From Malacoraja senta (lineage: Eukaryota), in contig CM075988.1 of the NCBI GenBank assembly GCA_038087875.1, forward strand, positions 16,618,001 through 16,682,000: 64,000 nt of DNA, given 5' to 3'. This document shows positions 61,612 to 64,000 of this stretch, piece by piece; positions within the stretch are counted from its first letter, which is position 1, and each line of letters starts with the position of its first letter. Both the position numbers and the translations under genes were made by a program. The notes beneath the pieces were generated by a model that was not told the origin of the DNA, did no database searches, and was given only the letters and a program-made list of their open reading frames with translations.

Positions 61612-64000
61612 TGAGTTCTTGATCTTGGCAACTTGATGTGTAAACATAAGAATCCTCTTCTCTCCAAGTGGTAATCCTAATGAGAGCAAAGGAGATCTTC
61701 CAATTTAGCAGCTATTAAAGACAAATATTTCTGACCCAATTCTTGACCATTGGTATGTAAAAGCCTGGAGAAACATTCCTAGCTGCTTGGAGCCATGAAA
61801 TTAAATCAAAAGAAGAGGCATTCTTGGATGTAAAAGAACCATTAATGGTAGCTTTCCATACTTTACAGTTTTGATCTGGCTCTGTTTGGGCAGATGACTA
61901 ACAACTGGGCTGTGATCTGAAGTAGTCCTTTCCTACTCAACACCACAGAAGAAGCGGAATGTTTTCAACAATGGAGATGGTGGCATAAGGACGTACAGAA
62001 TCCAGCACAGACATGACTGCACAGCGTAGCACTGACAGGTTCTTTATTTTCCAAGTTCACAACAATATCAAACATTCACACCAGAAAATGTTAGGCTAAT
62101 TAATTGTCTTCCCAGTTGCCTTCTGATAGTTGGAACATCTTTTGGCTTTGCTCTGTAGCTGAAAGAGGGTCGGCGATAACAAAATGTCAACACAAGACCA
62201 GACCAAAGAGAAAAGCTTGGCAAAAGCTGACACTGCAAAACCTAAAATATGTTCTGGCCTAAGGTGGCCACTTCATAAGTGATAGGAGCAGAATTAGGCC
62301 ATTTGGCCCATCAAGTCTACTCCACCATTCAATCAATGCTGATATATCTCTCCCTCCTAACCCCATTCCTCTGCCTTCTCCATATAACCCTGACTTCTAT
62401 CATGCCAGGCATAGTGAATACGTTTGGAACACCCAAATGTGTTACATGTTTCACCCTGGAAGAGAAATCAAACACTGAAATAAAATGGCAGGGAACATAC
62501 ACCAGGCCATTTGGCTCCTGGGGACAATGGTGGTGTGTGTACATTCCTAAGCCAACTCCAATCAATCCATCTTAAACATAAATGCAGTAACATTGATCTG
62601 CCAAAGCCCTGTTCCAGGTTGTTTTCACTGCATACAGCTATCATAAGGTCATGTGATAGGAGTAGAATTAGGCCATTCGGCCCATCAAGTCTACATTCAA
62701 TCATGGCTGATCTACCTCTCCCTCCTAACCCCATTCTCTTGCCTTCTCTCTATAACCCCTGACACCTGTACTAATCAAGAATCTGCCTATCTCTGCCTTA
62801 AAAATATCCATTGACGGCCTCCACAGCCTTCTTTTGCCAAGAGTAATAGGTGGTAGAAACCTCAGATCGTGCCGTCAATCTCAGGTAACTCCTGGACCCA
62901 CAATGACATTAAATATCACCTTATACAAGTCTCAACAATAGTGGTCTCAAGATTGGTCTTTCAGCACAAGGTTTGGGCAGCTCGCATCTCATCTACAATG
63001 TTCAACCAAGAAAACACTTCACACCACATGAATGTCCAAACGAGCTTTGCAAATGCAAACAATATCAATCAATCCATGCTCTAAATGGTTGTCCAGAGGT
63101 GTGAGGTGGCCAACACCTAACCACCAATCACTTGGGGGTTGTGGGCGGGAAAGAGGAGTGGCTATTTCCCACTTCTGTTGTCCCGATTGCCCTTTGAACT
63201 GTATAGGAATGAACTGCAGATGCTGATTTAAACCGAAGATAGACACAAAGTGCTGGAGCAAATCAGCAGGACAGGCAGCATCTCTGGAGAGGAATAGGTG
63301 ACGTTTTGGGGCGAGACCCTTCCTTAGACCACCTGAGACCCGCTGAGTTACCGCTGAGTTACTCCAGAACTTTGTGTCTACTTGCCTTTTGAACTGAATG
63401 GCTTTCAAGGTTATTTCCAATCGCCAGCCACAATTTTATTAGATTTCTAACCCCTAAAGGACATAAAGTAAGCAGAAGTGTTTTAGGACAATCCATCGCT
63501 GCTACCAACTATTTCTAATTAATTCAACTCAACTTCCTAGTTGCTGAATGGGATTTGAGTCCACGTCTCTGGATCAGGAACAAGACCTCTCTAAAGCGGT
63601 GCATTAATTTAACCACTGGACACTGTACTCTATGATTCTCATCTTTAGTTTGCTGATCTGACAAAGGTAGTTCTGTTCCTAAGAAACTGGGTTATAGCAG
63701 GTTCAGGACCAGAGAATTTCAAACTCACAATAACAAAGTTATTTTCAACGCTGAATTTTCAGAAATGTCTTTTCATTAACAATAAATTCACTGTTGTTAC
63801 TGCATGGTGAAAATACTCAAGGCTGCATGTTACATTGTTTAATAGAGTATTATTGCACAAGTGATACAAGAAACAGTTGCTTATTAATTTCAATAGCCAC
63901 CTGTGGTTAAAGTAGTAGCTGTGTTCCTAAGGGATAATGGTGTCTGACTGCTGTATAGGAGTTACATAGAAACAGTTTTTATTTGTCTTCTATACTGTTT

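Noticed and set aside
372..63420. Remaining short ORFs in the track
   Set aside because: They map to SINE, PLE or CR1 fragments, antisense frames of exons, or random sequence, with no recognisable domains.

Overview
Vertebrate genomic DNA, very probably from a cartilaginous fish (skate/ray), inferred from the HE1-type SINE, CR1 and Penelope repeat content. The window holds ten internal coding exons of DSCAML1 on the minus strand (Ig4-Ig9 and the first FNIII domain; about exons 6-15 by my recollection of human numbering). All have GT-AG boundaries and matching phases except the first FNIII exon, which is 1 nt short. The introns are dense in repeats: about 25 tRNA-headed HE1-like SINEs, many CR1 3' fragments plus a young 2.5-kb CR1, five PIF/Harbinger-like MITEs, and L1, Rex1, L2, Vingi-like and Deu-SINE relics. 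About 30 Penelope-like (PLE) termini are present, many as palindromes with target-site duplications (TSDs) and a minimal hammerhead-ribozyme motif. Highlights are those hammerhead palindromes and a tandem pair, the apparent exon frameshift, a 1.65-kb diverged foldback next to an exon, and a candidate REST site. Exon, MITE and TSD coordinates were counted by hand. Other repeat boundaries are approximate, and family names come from recognition, not a database search.
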